A DNA stretch of 64,000 nucleotides from Callorhinchus milii. Its lineage: Eukaryota. Of this stretch, positions 39,744-53,658 are shown piece by piece (positions within the stretch are counted from its first letter, which is position 1; each line of letters starts with the position of its first letter). The notes under the pieces are model-generated. The model had not been told where the DNA came from, searched no databases, and saw only the letters and a program-made list of their open reading frames with translations. The stretch is from positions 53,818,001-53,882,000 of the forward strand of contig NW_024704743.1 of assembly GCF_018977255.1 (NCBI RefSeq). The letters are read 5' to 3'. The translations under genes and the position numbers were made by a program.

Positions 39744-40823
39744 TGTGACACACACACACAGTCCTCGTAAAGAGGCACCGAGCTAGGAGTACAAGAGCTT
39801 GTGACCCATGGCCAGGGAAGATAAGGATAGCTGGATCTAGAGAGAGGATGGTAGGCTACCTGCGCTTACAAGGGCATGTGACCTTCGGGCAGGAGAGATA
39901 GGAACCTGGGATAATTGGACCAGGAGAATGGATGGGATACAAACTAGCAATTTAGACTGAGGGAAAACTTAAAGTGAGCAGGTCCCATGGACAGAGTTAG
40001 AAAGAGGACTGAAACCTCAGGGACATAGAGTCAGGTGGTTTGGTCAGGCTAGATAAGATGGAATAAGAGGAGTATTGTTTTCTTGCAGAAGATATTACTC
40101 GCTGGTACAAGGAGAAACAACTTGAAGATAGGAAAAGAATGCTGGGAAAGTGCAGATAGTGTGAGAAAGAAGTCTTGGGAAAGAGTTAGAATATAGAAAA
40201 AAGGGGTATGAAAAAGGGTATAAAAATCGATAGCCAAAACAGTTAGAGAGAGAGAGAGAGAAAAAAAAGAGAAGGGCTGCAGGACGAGACTCAGAAGAGC
40301 CTCGATAGGAGACTCGGAAAAGCCTCGAGAAGAGCCTCTGATGAGCCTCTGAAGAGAAAGGTAGAAAGTGAGGAAGAGAAGGGAGTGGACCGCAAAGAGG
40401 ATAAGTTCAGCCTTAGATGTTTGCAGCCAGCAGCTCACCAGAGACAATGTTTAATTTTTGTGACAGCCTTAGAACTTCGTCACGACTTCCTGCCTGCTTG
40501 GTAGTATCTCTCCTACTTACTAAAACACACACCCGACATACATACAAAACAGTTAAGAGATGATTAAGCAATGTTTTATATAATCACATAATTTTTTTTA
40601 TATATGTTTAGAATTTTAGTATTGAGTGTATTTTGTTAAGTAGTAATTTAGTAAGCTTTAGTAATGTATCTTGAAAAGATAATGCTTTAGTAGTCATTTA
40701 AGTGCGAAAAGTAATGATAATGCGTCGGGTGTAATGTGATGCTTATGCGGTTTTATATTTGCTAATAAAACGTTTCAATAATAGTGTGGTTTCTGACAAA
40801 TGCTTGAACCCAAAAATTTCACA
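39744..40823 (+). mobile_element. Putative solo LTR (~1.08 kb)
   Basis: TGTGA...TCACA ends, TATAAAA at ~40219, AATAAA ~60 nt from the end; no clear TSD. Confidence 0.5.
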
Positions 40824-40844
40824 ACAACAAAATTACATTTGTAC

Positions 40845-42900
40845 AGAGGTAAAGCTCCCTTATTAAAATTAAACTTTTTTGGGGGTGTGACCCACACTCT
40901 CCAACAGACAGCCATGAGAACTCAGAGTCCTGATAATTTTATTACTTGAGTTCTTTAGGAAACCATTTGATATTGGGTTTGGAAAACTAAAGGATAGGTA
41001 CTTTGGTAAGTAAACAAACATTATTTTCCTGCCTTTGAAATAATAGTCCCTTCTTGGATTGTTTTGTGCACATGTGAAGTACTTAACATTTTTCCACAAT
41101 GTCTGATGACATTCCCTGTACCACCACCCTCTGCGTTCTTCCGGTCAACCAGTTACATATAATTGTAATACTTTTCCACTGATTCACGCTTTCTTTATTT
41201 TCAGTAGCAGCCTCTCAAGAGGAACTGTATCAAAGACCAGTAGGCCAATCAGCCCATCGAGCCTGCCCCACCTTTTAATAAGATCATGGCTGATCTTCTC
41301 ACCTTATTCCATTTATCCACCCTATCCCCATATCTCTTTGTGACTAGTGTACAAGGATGCCCAAATCCCTCTGAACACTAATACTACCTAGTCTCTCTCC
41401 CTCCAGAAAATAATCAGCTTTTCTAGTTTTACTACCTAGGTGAATAACTTCACACTTTCCCACATTATACTCCATCTGCCACCTTCTTGCCCACTCACCT
41501 AGCGTGTCTATTTCCCTTTGCATTCTTCTTGTGTCATCCTCACATCTTACTCTCCCACCTATCTTCGTATCGTCCACAAATTTAGATATGTTAAATTCTA
41601 TTTCCTCATCTAAATCATTGATGCACTGTAAATAATTGAGGCCAAAGCATTGATCCTTGTGGCACTCCACTAGTCACATCCTGCCAAACACCCGTTTATC
41701 CCCAGGCCTTCCTGAAATCCAGATATACAACATCCACAGCCTTATCAAGTTCCTGTATCACACCATCAAAGAAAACCAGTAAATTTAGATTGGCAAACCC
41801 TCCCCTTCATGAAGCCACATTGGCTATCATTATAGCTTTATTTCTCCCCACGTGCTCTGTGATTTTATCCTTAATCAGAGTCTCCATAATTTTAACCACA
41901 ATGGACGTCAAATTTACCGGTTTTGTATCCTGGGTCACTTTTGTTAACTTTCTTAGAAATAGGAGTATCATCTGCATTTCTCCAATCCCCCGGCACTCTC
42001 CAGTGCTCGGTGATTTGTGTCAATGTTTCTGCAACTTACTCCCTTAGTTCATCAAGGATCCTTGGATGAAACTTATTCAACCCCTGAGATATACTAACTT
42101 TGCGTTTGTATAGCTGCTTGGCAACCAAATCAAGGCCTGACAATAATCAGAAAAAAACACAATAATAATTTGGTCACTCAATCCACGACTGTTTGTGTGA
42201 CACTGCTGTGCACAATTGGCTGCCACGTTTCACCCACAAATACAGTCAATTCACTTTACAGTACATTCTGTGAAGCGCTTTGAGACGTCTGGAAGATGTG
42301 AAAAGCACTATATCAAATGCAAGGATTATTATTATTATAACCATGCTAGTAGTGATATGAATAGTATTGCAACTTTCATATTATTCCACCCTTAGTGGCC
42401 ATATTCGATCATTTGTTTTCTTTTTCTCTTCATTTAACTGAAATTTTTTGTTATACTTCACAGATTTTGCCATGTTCAATTTGAAGTTTTTCTATGCCAT
42501 TCTGATGCTTTTTTTAAAATATATGTAGTCTTGGTATGCCTTCTCATCCTGAATTTGACGTAATTTTGTGCTATTTTCCTTAAATGCTTTCTTTCCTCTT
42601 GATGAGTTGCTTTCTAGTCATGTCCAATCATGCAGGAGTGCCTTTAAGCATGTTACCCATGGGTACACATTGTTCCCATACCTTTATATTCACCTCCTTG
42701 AAGGAACTCCATAGTTTATCCACTCCCTTTGCCCTATTTAAGCCTACCAGGCCCATTCTGACAAGACTTTTCAAGCACACAAAGTTGGTCCTCTTGAAAT
42801 TTGGCAGTATTGTTTGGGTTTTACTAACGTCACTTTGTCGAGCCAAGCTATCCAGCAGCACGCTGCTGCCTGCTACTCACAGCCTATCATCTGGCGCACG
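40845..42900 (-). mobile_element. Old CR1 ORF2 fragment fused to LTR-like segment, with nested younger CR1 (41236-41700) and SINE (42160-42338)
   Basis: VDVVYLDF and FDTVP-like RT motifs; nested ORF 41344..41670 KFVDDTKIGG, QRDLG. Confidence 0.8.
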
Positions 42901-43759
42901 CTGCTGTTTTAGATTTTGGGGAAGTGGAGTGACTCTGTATTGGTAGACGAATGCTGCAGTCTAATTCTACACACCAATGTCCCACAAACAACCAAACAAA
43001 TGTCCAATTTTATTTGGTCAGAAACTCCCTTCCCTCTTTCAAGTTGAGCCAAAGAGGCAGAGTGGATCTCAATTGAATGTCTCATCCAAGAATGAAACAA
43101 TCTTGTAACAAGGGTGTTATCTTAGACTATGTGAGTTCAAGGCATTTGATCTCACAAGCTTCTGACTCAGAGGTGAGAATGCTACCAACTGGAAGTTATG
43201 GGAAAATAAGCCACACTTGTTTGCAATACAAGCCCCATTCTTTCCTGTTTTATGCCCCCATGACACTAATATGCATGAAGGATGCTATACAAATGTAAGT
43301 TGTTGTTTAGCTTTATTGAATTTTTAGCTTGCAACTAATTTTTATGTTGCCAGTCTGTCTAATCTGAGCCAAATATTTTGGCAACATTTGCCTTTCCAAA
43401 AATCCTGTTCTTCAGGTGCTCAGTAAGTCCCCAACTGTTCATTCAGAGTTGCAGTTCATTCCTTGATCCTAAAACCATCAGTATGTCAGAATATATCTAT
43501 GTGGCCAACTGTTTCTGTACATTTTTAGTTCATTCATGTGGGAAAAAAAAACTCTTGCTTGATTAACATTGGTAACTCAACCATTAGGATAACTTGGTCA
43601 CTGTCATTCTGAATCCCAATCTTCTTCGAAATTTTTTTAAAATTCAATTTCATTTCAAATATTACCCATGTTCATCCATTCAAAACTGTTTTGATTGTAT
43701 TTTCCTCTTTTTCCTATTAATTGTCTTAAGTTGAGTTTTACTGAGACATTATTCTGTAT

Positions 43760-44630
43760 CAACATCAATAAAATTACATTTGTGTAGCGCCATTCACATC
43801 AGGAGGTCATCGCAAGGCACTGGACAGACAGACTTTCGGACCCGAGCTGGAGGTCAGGATTAGGGAGGGTGTAGGGCAGGGGATGAATTAGGAAGATCGA
43901 AAGTACGGCCAAAGAGGAGGGTCTTGAGATAGGTCTTGAAGGAGGCAAGGGAGGGGGTGAGGTGGAGGCACTGCGGGATGGAGTTCCAGAGGGTGGGGGA
44001 CAAGTGTCAGAAGCTCCGCCTGCCAATATTGGGGAAAGTGAGGCATTGTATGTGGAGCAGGCTGGAGCCCGCTGAACAGAGGGAGCAAGCAGGATGGTAA
44101 AGGATTAGTAGGTCGCAGAGTTAGGGGATAGCAAGACGATGGAGGGCTTTGAAGGTGAGGATCAGCATCTTGAACTCTATCCTCCATGTGAAGAGGGGAC
44201 CAAGACAGAGCCCTGAGCAATGCCACACGAGATGGTGCGGGAGATAGAGGAGAAACCAGTTGTGGAGATGAACTGGAGGCAGTATTAGAGGAATGATCTG
44301 AACCAGTCAAGGACAGAGCTGTGAAGGTTGAGATGATAGCAGAGTTGGAGGATGAGGATAAAATGGTCAAAGGTGTCAAATCCAGCAGAGAGTTCAAGGA
44401 GGCAGAGGGAGCCCTGGTCACAGATGGACAGAGTGTCATTTGTCAATTTGATCATGGCTGCTTCTGTGCTGTGGGCAGCACGGAAACCCAATTGGAGGGG
44501 TTCGTGAAGGGAGTGGCAGGAGAGGAAGGAGTGAAGCTGGGAAGCAGTATCTCATTCCAGGACCTTGGAGGAAAGGGAGGTAGGAGATGGGGCAGTAGTT
44601 TGAGAGTGGAGATGTATCCAGGGTTATTTT
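43760..44630 (-). mobile_element. L2 fragment with internal deletion
   Basis: GFRAAHSTEAA; L2 tail. Confidence 0.82.
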
Positions 44631-45348
44631 TAAGGATGTGAAGGGCATTATATAAATGCAATTTGCTGTTTTTCACTATTCTAATTTTTTTTTTAAAAAT
44701 CATAAACTTTAAAACTACCAGTTACCTTTTATCTCTCTTGTTGCCTTATTCTTACCCTGTCTTGGAAATGTGACAACTTCAGGTCTTCATCTGGTATAAA
44801 CTAGTTTGTAGATTGCAAACTGATAGGGCAAATTCACAGGTGTGACTCAGTCAAGCTTTACCATAGAAGTGTGCCAGAAAGTGAAGAGTCTTTGTACAAG
44901 CCGTTAAACTGAGGTCCTCTTGCCTATTCAGGTGGATGTTAAAGATCCCCTGGCACTATTGGATAAGAGAAGGAAGTTTCTCTTAGTGTGCTAGCCAACA
45001 TTACCTCCAAGTAAAATTGGATACTCATTCCATGGCTGTTTGTAGGACATTGCTGTGCACAGGCTGCAATGTAATGTGAAGGCTGCAATGCAAAGCAATG
45101 AACAAAGCAACGTAAGTTTAAAAAATACGGTGTTCCCACACACATAATAAATAATAATCCTTGCATTTGATATAGCGCCTTATGTCATTGAGATGTCTTA
45201 AAGCTCTTCACTCTAAAGTGGTGCAAATGAATGTTTTTTTTGTTAAGAATTTATTGAAGCACGATTGTGGGAAATTGGTTGGGCAGGTGAATTGGACTGA
45301 TAGTCTAAAGCCTGAAAGTCACCAAGTAATTCTATGTTACTCTTCAAT

Positions 45349-45924
45349 TGGGTTCAATTCCCAGCAGGGTGAAACCTTGGGCAAGTTTCCTTATTCCACA
45401 CGCCTGATAATAATCTCTCAAGAAAAAAAATAAATTGATCATTTCAATCCACCACTGTTTGTGGGACCCTGCTGTGCACAATTGTCTGCCATGTTTCACC
45501 AAGAAATACATACAGTCAATTCACTTTGGTATATTCTGTGAAGTGCTTTGATAGGTCTAGAAGACGTGAAAAGTGCTATAATAATAATACTTGCATTTGA
45601 TATAGCACTTTTCACACAAGTGCTATATCAAATACAAGGATTATTATTATCTTCTAGATGTCCCAAAGCACTTGACAGAATATACTGTAAAGTGAACTGA
45701 CTGTATATTTGTGGGCGAACGCAGCAGCCAATTGCACACAGCAGTGTCTCACAAACAGTCGTGGATTGAAAATGACCAATTTATTATTGTTTTTTTTTTT
45801 TGAGGGATTATTATTAGGCGTGTGGAGTAAGGAAACTTGCTCAAGGTTTCACCCTGCCTGGAATTGAACTCAGGTCTCTCACTTGCAAAGCAAGTGCTCT
45901 AACTACTGAGCTACAGGACTCCAC
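45349..45924. mobile_element. Tail-to-tail pair of young SINEs (+45349-45580, -45581-45924)
   Basis: Same family in opposite orientation. Confidence 0.88.
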
Positions 45925-45947
45925 AAATATATATATATATCAAATGA

Positions 45948-47058
45948 ATGATATAGTTCCTCTTGAGATGCTGCCAATGAAAGTAAAGAAAGCAGGAATC
46001 AGTGGAAAAGTATTACAATGTATATGTAACTGGTTGACCAGAAGAACCCAGAGGATGGTGGTGCAGGGAATGTCATCAGACATTGTGGAAAAATGTAAAC
46101 AACTTCATACAGGCACAATACAATCCAGGTAGGGACTATTGTTTGATCGTAAGGAAAATAATATGTTCACTTACTTACCAAAGTATCTATCCTTTAGTCT
46201 TCCAAACCCAATATCAAGCCGTTTCCTAACAAACTGAAGTAATAAAATCATCTGGACTCCAAGCTCTCACAGCTGTCTGTAGGAGGGTGTGCATCACAAC
46301 TCCCCCAAAACAGGTTTTTATTTAACAAGGAAGCTTTACCTCTACACATCCATCTTCTCCAGACTTTCCTCTAACACTCCCAAGCCGCCAGGTTTATACT
46401 GGCACTTAATTATCTCTGGGCGTTGTCACTGCCTTTTAGGGTTATTGATGATCAACTTGTGTTCAAGAGAGCTAACAAGGGCTGGACCCCAATCGGCCTG
46501 ATTGGGTTTGTGATAATTGGGCACCAGCCCCCGGGGATAATTGAGTGCCAGTATAAACCGAGGGGCGAGGGCGTGTGAGAAGGAAGTCTGGAGAAGGTGG
46601 ATGTATCAAAGTAGAGCTCCTTTGAAGACATAATCCTTTTTTCAGGGTGTGACCCACACCTTTGTACAGACAATCATGAGAACTTGATTTCCAGATACTT
46701 TTATCATTTGAGTTCTTCAGGAAAACACTTGATATTGGGTTTGGAAGACTGAAGGATAGGTACTTTGGTAGGCAATCGAATATATTATTTTCCTTCCTTT
46801 CAAAAAAAAAAGTCCCTTCCTGGAATGTTTTGTGCCCATGTGAAGTAGTTTACATTTCTCCACAATGTCTGATGACATTCTTCTGGTCAACATGTACATT
46901 GTAATATTTTTCCATTGATTCCAGCTTTCTATACTTTCAGAAGCAGCCTCTCAAGAGGAAATGTATCAAATCCTTACTGAAATTCACATGTACAACATCC
47001 ACAGCCTTATCAAGTACCTTTGTCACACAGTCAAAGAAAACCAGTAAATTTAGATTGG
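45948..47058. repeat. Inverted pair of CR1/LTR-like composite
   Basis: 45948-46420 is the reverse complement of ~46530-46970. Confidence 0.85.
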
Positions 47059-47324
47059 GGGGGGGTCCGATCTTGGGCCTTCACAGGTGAAAGAGGAGGA
47101 GAAGTAGAGAGGTTGGTAAGGAAGGAGGGCTGTCTCCAGTGGGACTGGTGGTGGATTGTGGGAGTTCCAGGAGCTGTTGCCGCTGCCCAGAGTCAAATCG
47201 GGTAATATGATTTTGATTCTGTCTGTTGCCTAGTATATCTGTATAAGGAATAGAGTGTAGCTGATTTATTTATTCAAAGGTTAATACAACCTATATTTGA
47301 AAGTAATGTGGTGTCAAGTAAATT

Positions 47325-47805
47325 TGCCTACACGGGAGTGACATTTGCTTCCCATCCAGGCCTCTGGCACCCAAGGAGGATTGAAAGATTGTGGACCGAG
47401 CTTCCACTATTTCCACCCTTACCTCCCTCAGTATCCTAGGATGCATCCGGTCCAGACTGGGTGACTTATCTACCTTGAGCACAGTCGACCTTTTTAGTAC
47501 CACCTTTCTGCTCCTCTTATTTCCCTTTTTAGTACTCCTCTGTACTTTCTATATTCTATTTAATTATTTTCTGGATTTTGGTTCTGACATTTATCATAAT
47601 ATCCTTTTTCTGTTTTATTTTAATCCCAATTTCCTAAGTCATCCAGGGAGCTTTGGATGCCCTACCTTTCCCCTTTTGTGGGAATGTATTTGTTCTGTCC
47701 TCGAACTATCTGCTCCTTGAAGTCTTTGCATTGCTTGTGAACCATTTTACCCACCAATCTTTCTTTCCACTCCACCTTGGCTAGATCTCTTTTCAATTCA
47801 CTGAA
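47325..47805 (-). mobile_element. CR1 ORF2 fragment
   Basis: LKVDKSPSLDRMHPRILREV motif. Confidence 0.8.
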
Positions 47806-48362
47806 GATCTGTGAAATATAAATGGTAGTTGGTTGTCAGGATTATTATTATGAAATAGACTTTTGATAGATACGAATCTGACACAACAAGGTTGTCTTCA
47901 ATGGATCATAGAAGTCTGATCATTATAGAACAATGTACGCAGACATTCTGTCAATGTAGCTCAATTTCAGGTTTGATTTTCCACCTTTTTGAATAGAAAA
48001 TGTATTTACTTGTGAATGCACTTTTCACTTCAATATGTGCTTTTAAAACTTAAGTCTAAAACAGAGTGCAATAGATTGCAGAAATTTACAAAGAATGAAT
48101 GATGGAAAGCTAATTTCAAACTTGAAGATGTGAAATAAAAACATCAAAAACTGTCCCCTCCTATCTTGCATTTCTGGCAATCTGTGACATATATTTAAGA
48201 AAAGAAGCTCTTCTGGTGAATGTCTCACATACAAGGTCCATTTTCTTCTCAATCTCCCAGTTTCCAAAAAANTTGATTAAAAAAGATCCAAATGTCAGTC
48301 TAAATATGTACTGAATACACAGCGAGTCAATTTCTATTGAGCAATTTAATCTGTTTATTTAC

Positions 48363-48529
48363 CCTAGTAGAAAGCAATTGTTATTATTTTTTTGTGAATA
48401 TCTCAGGGTCCATTTTAGCAATATGTTCAATGTCTTTATCTTGTACCTCTCCATGAGCAAGGCATAAGTTCAAGCAAATCACAGGGCTACACTCCAAACG
48501 CAAAACCTTTCCAATTCCATATAAAGTTT
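48363..48529 (-). pseudogene. Decayed exon of unidentified minus-strand gene
   Basis: ttctttctttacag|...agg|gtaaat; TLYGIGKVLRLECSPVICLNLCLAHGEVQDKDIEHIAKMDPEIFTKK**QLLSTR. Confidence 0.45.
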
Positions 48530-48861
48530 CTGTAAAGAAAGAACTTAACATTTAATAGCACCTAATCACATTGATATATCCTAAAAGCACTTAAAAACTA
48601 ATTTCTATCAAGTAAATTAACTCTGTTCAGTTTCCAAACACGGCAATTATTTGTGTCAGTAGCTTGAAGAACACATGTTAAAAAAATCATTCTGTATTGT
48701 GAATTCACTGGGTGTCAAGGACAAGATATGGACAAGAATTTTAAATTGGCTGAAGGAAAGGAAGCAGAGAGGGTAGTTTTTAGGAGGAGCTAGGCCAAAA
48801 TGGGGGAAGGTATTGAGGGGAGTGCCTCAGGATGTACTGGGATCCCTCCTGTTCCTCAGAA

Positions 48862-48965
48862 CAGGTTCTGATGATAGGTCATAGACCTGAAACATTAACT
48901 AATTTTCCTCTCTCCTTGGAAGCTGTCTGACCTGCTGCATGTTCCCAGTGACAGTGTTTATACCA
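48862..48965 (+). ncRNA. Degenerate minimal hammerhead ribozyme motif in a Penelope-associated terminal repeat fragment
   Basis: CTGATGA-T-AGGTC(ATA)GACCT-GAAA-CATTA, then ctctcc..gctgtctgacctgctg. Confidence 0.55.
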
Positions 48966-51900
48966 GGATACATCTTCCATTGGCTCCCCATCTTCCAGGG
49001 TCAAATTCAAGATCCTTGTCCTAATTTTCAAATGCCTTCACCACCTCATCACACCCTACCTCTAAGACCATATTACCTCAGCTACTCCTTTCCACCATCA
49101 AAAACCATCATTATGCTTTAACCATTCTGTCCTTCCTCACTGGAGCTCTATCCTAGAGTCTCTCTACCTTGCCCCCTTCCTTCCTGTCTTCAAAACCTGC
49201 TTTAAGACCTTTATTTTTGACCTCTTTTGGTCACCTTCTCACTACCCAGCTCAAGTTTTCTATCAGCTTCATAAAATTAATTAAATCCACTTTGAAGTGT
49301 TTCCAACAAAACACGATCAGACTTTTCTCATAACTATTTATTTTTAAATAATATTTCAAACATTGAACTATTTCTTCTGGTATATCTTTGTTTACATTTC
49401 TTATACAGTTTACTGTGGTAGTGCTGCATTGCTTGATGTGTCATCCTTCAGATGCAAAGTGAATCTGCCTATTCAGGTGGAAGTTAAATATCCCATGGCA
49501 TTATTTAAAAAGAGAAGGACATGTCCCAATGTTCAGCCAACAATCCACCAGATAAAACTGATCCTTCACTGTTGTGTACAGATTGGGTGCCTTATTCACC
49601 TGCAAATATACAGTTCCTGCACTTCACAGTATTTTGCAATGAGGTGCTACATGAAATCCAAGCATTACTTTTCCCACTAACCTCCTGTGGGCTCCCCCAT
49701 TACTGCATTACAATGCAAATTAAAATGCTACATTTATACAGCATCTTTCATGCCAGCAAAATGTCACAAGTCACTTTAAGCTCACAGGGCACGAGAGAGG
49801 ATTCAAGCTGTAGAGTTCTGAAGCTGGTGGAGGGAAGAATTGGGAAATCTAGGGACCAGGGACTTAGCAGAGTCGGGACTGGATATGATGAATGTATGAG
49901 TGAGGGTCTCAGTGGTCTGAGATGAGAGGCAGTGGCGGAGGCGTGCAATGTCGTGGTGGTGGGGGAAGACAGAATAGGTCGTGGCATGGATGTGGGGTTT
50001 AAAGGAAAGTTGAGCATCAAATAAGGCAATGGTTCTGTACTGGCTCGGTGACATGGAGAGTTCACTGGCCTACTCCAAGCTGCCAAACCATTGGCGGGTA
50101 GGTTTTCAGCTATTCTGCTCCCACCTTCCAGAACTGCATCCTGAATCCCTCTGCCTCGTCCCTCCCTAACCTCCTTTAAGCCCCTTCTCAAGACCTCCCT
50201 TTTTGACTGTACCTTCCTTCGGTCAAACTCCCACCCCCACTCCCTCTACCCTCCAACCCCCAGCTCAGGTGCAAGCCCTTAACTGTCCAGCATCTTAGGA
50301 CATCCTTGTGATGTGCCATAAACATTTATAAATGTTAATGTAATTTGTTGTTATGAATGGTGATGGGTGGGTGGGTGGGTGGATGGATAGACAGACTTGC
50401 TTGGATTGATGGAAAAACCCAGACTGGGAATAGTAAGACAGATAAAAACAGACAGATGAAGTGTAGCTGAAATATAAACTATACCGATTGACAGAGACAA
50501 AACCGGTTAACACACATTATGTATGGATGTAACCGAGGCAGATAGAGAGGTGCCTTCCTCCTGTGCAGCTCCACGCTGCATCTGAGTGAGGATGGGAGCG
50601 AGAGTGGTACCCAGCGCAGTGTGCAAAACACACAACTCTCACAGCAAGAGGGAGACTAGGAGCAATGCAGCAGAGCCACACACCAATCTCGGCCCCAATC
50701 TGGTGAGAGTGCTACCAACTGGAGCTTGCGGGAAAATAATCCACACTTGTTTGCAATGCAAGCCGCATTCTCTCCGGTTTTAAGCCCCCATGAAACTATA
50801 CGCATGAAGGATGCTATGCAAATGCAAAATGTTGTTGCTGTTGGATAGTCCTATTAAATTTTAGCTTGCAGTTGGTTTTTATGCTGCTAATCATTAAGAT
50901 ATTTCAGTAAACTGAGCCAAATATTTTAGCAACATTTGACTTCACGTACTCAACAGGGGGCAGTGTTGCTCTACAAATCAGGAGGTGTCTGCACCTTGGG
51001 AATCTATTGTATTGACTTTCTGTTAAACTCTATCCCTCTTGTTGGGAAGCGACTGTGAATGTATTTGTACCATTATAGTCTTAAACAGATCTTTAGCTAG
51101 GTCTATGGTGTGAGAGGGTTGGAACGCTTTTTGGAATGTGCCTCTACACAGAGAATGGGTATGGACCATGGCACAGCTATATATGACTCACATAAAGTAT
51201 TTGTGCAGCACCATGTGGAACAAGAAGTAAGAATGTTTGGATATCCTTGATTATATTCAATTCCTAAATGTTGTTACAAATAGTCACAGCAATCAGATAT
51301 CACAATAGATGTCTTACATTAACACTGTCAGGCTGGCTCAGTTGGTACCACTCACACCTCTGGGTCCTAAGGTTGTGAATTGAATCCCCGCGTTGGGTCT
51401 TGGCATTCAGTGTAGTGCTGTGGGTGCCGTCCTTTGTATGAGACATTAAACTGAGGTCTGTCTGCCTATGCAGGTGCACGTTAAAGATCCCCTGGCACTA
51501 TTCGATAAGAGAAGGAATTTCTCATGGTGTGCTAGCCAACATTCCCCCAAATAAAATTGGACACTCACTCCATGGCTGTTTGTAGGACATTGCTATGCAC
51601 AGGCTGCTCTGTTATATAAATGCAAGTTGTTGTTGTGAATGGGTTTGAGCATGCCAGGATGTGATTGGCTGCACCAATTACCACTTGCTAGAAGGTTCTC
51701 CAGACTATGTGAATGCAACTGATCTGGAGGGGAGACAAAAACTACATGACAATAATTATTTTAATGTTGTTCCATTGTAATTTCAACCAATAGACTGGAA
51801 ACAAATAAATGTGGATGTTTTATTCCAAGAGATTTGAAAAAGTTACATTTGTCAACTATAGTCACATTGGACTGATCTTAATAAATGGAAAACTCATTAA

Positions 51901-51967
51901 AACACATTGGAAGATTATCTGTATAAAAATAGCCCAATAAATGACAGTGTGATAGGAGAATAAACCC

Positions 51968-52735
51968 TGTCACTGCCTTTTATGATTATTGATGATCAAC
52001 CTTTGTTAAAGGGAGCTAAGAAGTGCTGTGATAATTGGGCACCAGCCCCTGGGGATAATTGAGTGCCAGTATAAAGCTGGGGCTTTGGGAGTGTGAGAGG
52101 AAAGTTGGAGAAGATGGATGTGCAGAGGTAAAGCTCCCTTCTTAAAATAAACCTTTTCTGGTGTTTGACCCACACCCTCCTACAGACAGCCATGAAAATT
52201 TGGAGTCCAGATGATTTTATTACTTGAGTTTATTATCTTAGGAAACCGCTTGATATTGGTTTTTGAATATTAAAGGTTTGGTAAGCAAACAAATATATTA
52301 CTTTCCTTCCATTCAAATAATAGTTCCTTGCTGGATTGTGCCCATGTGCAGTAGTTTACAATTTCCACACGTCTGATGACATTCCCTGTACCACTACTCT
52401 CTGGTTTCTTCTGGTCAACCAGTTACATATACATTGTAATGGTTTTCCATTGATTCCCGCTTACATTAATTTCAGTAGCAGCCTCTCAGAAGCAACCATA
52501 TCAAATGCCTTACTGAAATCCAGATATACAACATCCACAGCCTTATCAAGTTCCTTTGTCACAATGTCAAAGAAAACCAGTAAATTTAGATAGGCAAAAC
52601 CCCCCCTTCATGAACCCATATTGGCTATCATTTCAAGCTTAATTTCTGCCTAGGTTCTCTGTGATTTTTATTTTAATAAGAGTCTACGTAATTTTACCCA
52701 CAATGGACGTCAAATTTACTGGACGTCAAATTTAC
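51968..52735. repeat. Fourth copy of LTR-like/CR1 composite
   Basis: TGTCACTGCC...TTTCCACA joined to the same CR1 position as the other copies. Confidence 0.85.
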
Positions 52736-53347
52736 TTTCTAAAAATAAAACTTTTGCTTGCTGTTAACCCATCTTCTCATTCAAGTACTCAACAGGGGGC
52801 AGTGTTGCTCTACAAATCAGGAGGTGTCTGCGCCTTGGGAATCTATTGTGTTGACTTTCTGTTAAACTCTATCTATCCTATGCTCTATGAATGTATTTGT
52901 ACCATTATAGTCTTAAACAGAACTTTCTCTAGGTCTATGGTGTCAGAGGGTTGGAATACTTTTTGGAATGTGCCTCTGTATAGAGAGTGGGCATGGACCA
53001 TGACTTCTATACTGTATTTGTGGTCCATGAGGAAGAAGTAAGAATGATTTGAAATCCTTGATTATATTCAAAAATGATTTTGCTGATTCTTAAATGTGTT
53101 ATCAATTATCACAGCAATCGGATATCACAATGGATGTCTTACATTGACATTGTGTGTCAGACTGGCTCAGTTGGTACCACTTGCACCTCTGGGTCTTAAA
53201 GATATGAGTTGAGTTCCCACGTAGGGTGGTGGAAGTCGTGGAGTCTGACATTCAGTGTAGTGCTGCGGGTGCCATCCTTTGTATGAGATGTTCAATTGCT
53301 CTTTGATTTTATCCTTAATAAGAGTCTCCATAATTATACCCACAATT

Positions 53348-53658
53348 GTGGAGTCCTGTAGCTCAGTGGTTAGAGCACTCGCTTTGCAAGCGAGAGACCT
53401 GGGTTTGATTCCCGGCAGGGTGAAACCTTGGGCACGTTTCCCTACTCCACACGCCTGATAATAATCCCTCCAAAAAATACAATAATAAATTGGTCATTTC
53501 AATCCACGACTGTTTGCAAGACACTGCTGTGCATAATTGATTGCCGCATTTCACCCACAAATATGCAGACAATTCACTTTACAGTTCATTCTGTGAAGTG
53601 CGTTGCAAGATCTAGATGTGAAAAGCGCTATAATCAAATACAAGGATTATTATTATTA
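53348..53658 (+). mobile_element. Full-length young SINE inserted in CR1
   Basis: Complete head and tail. Confidence 0.9.
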
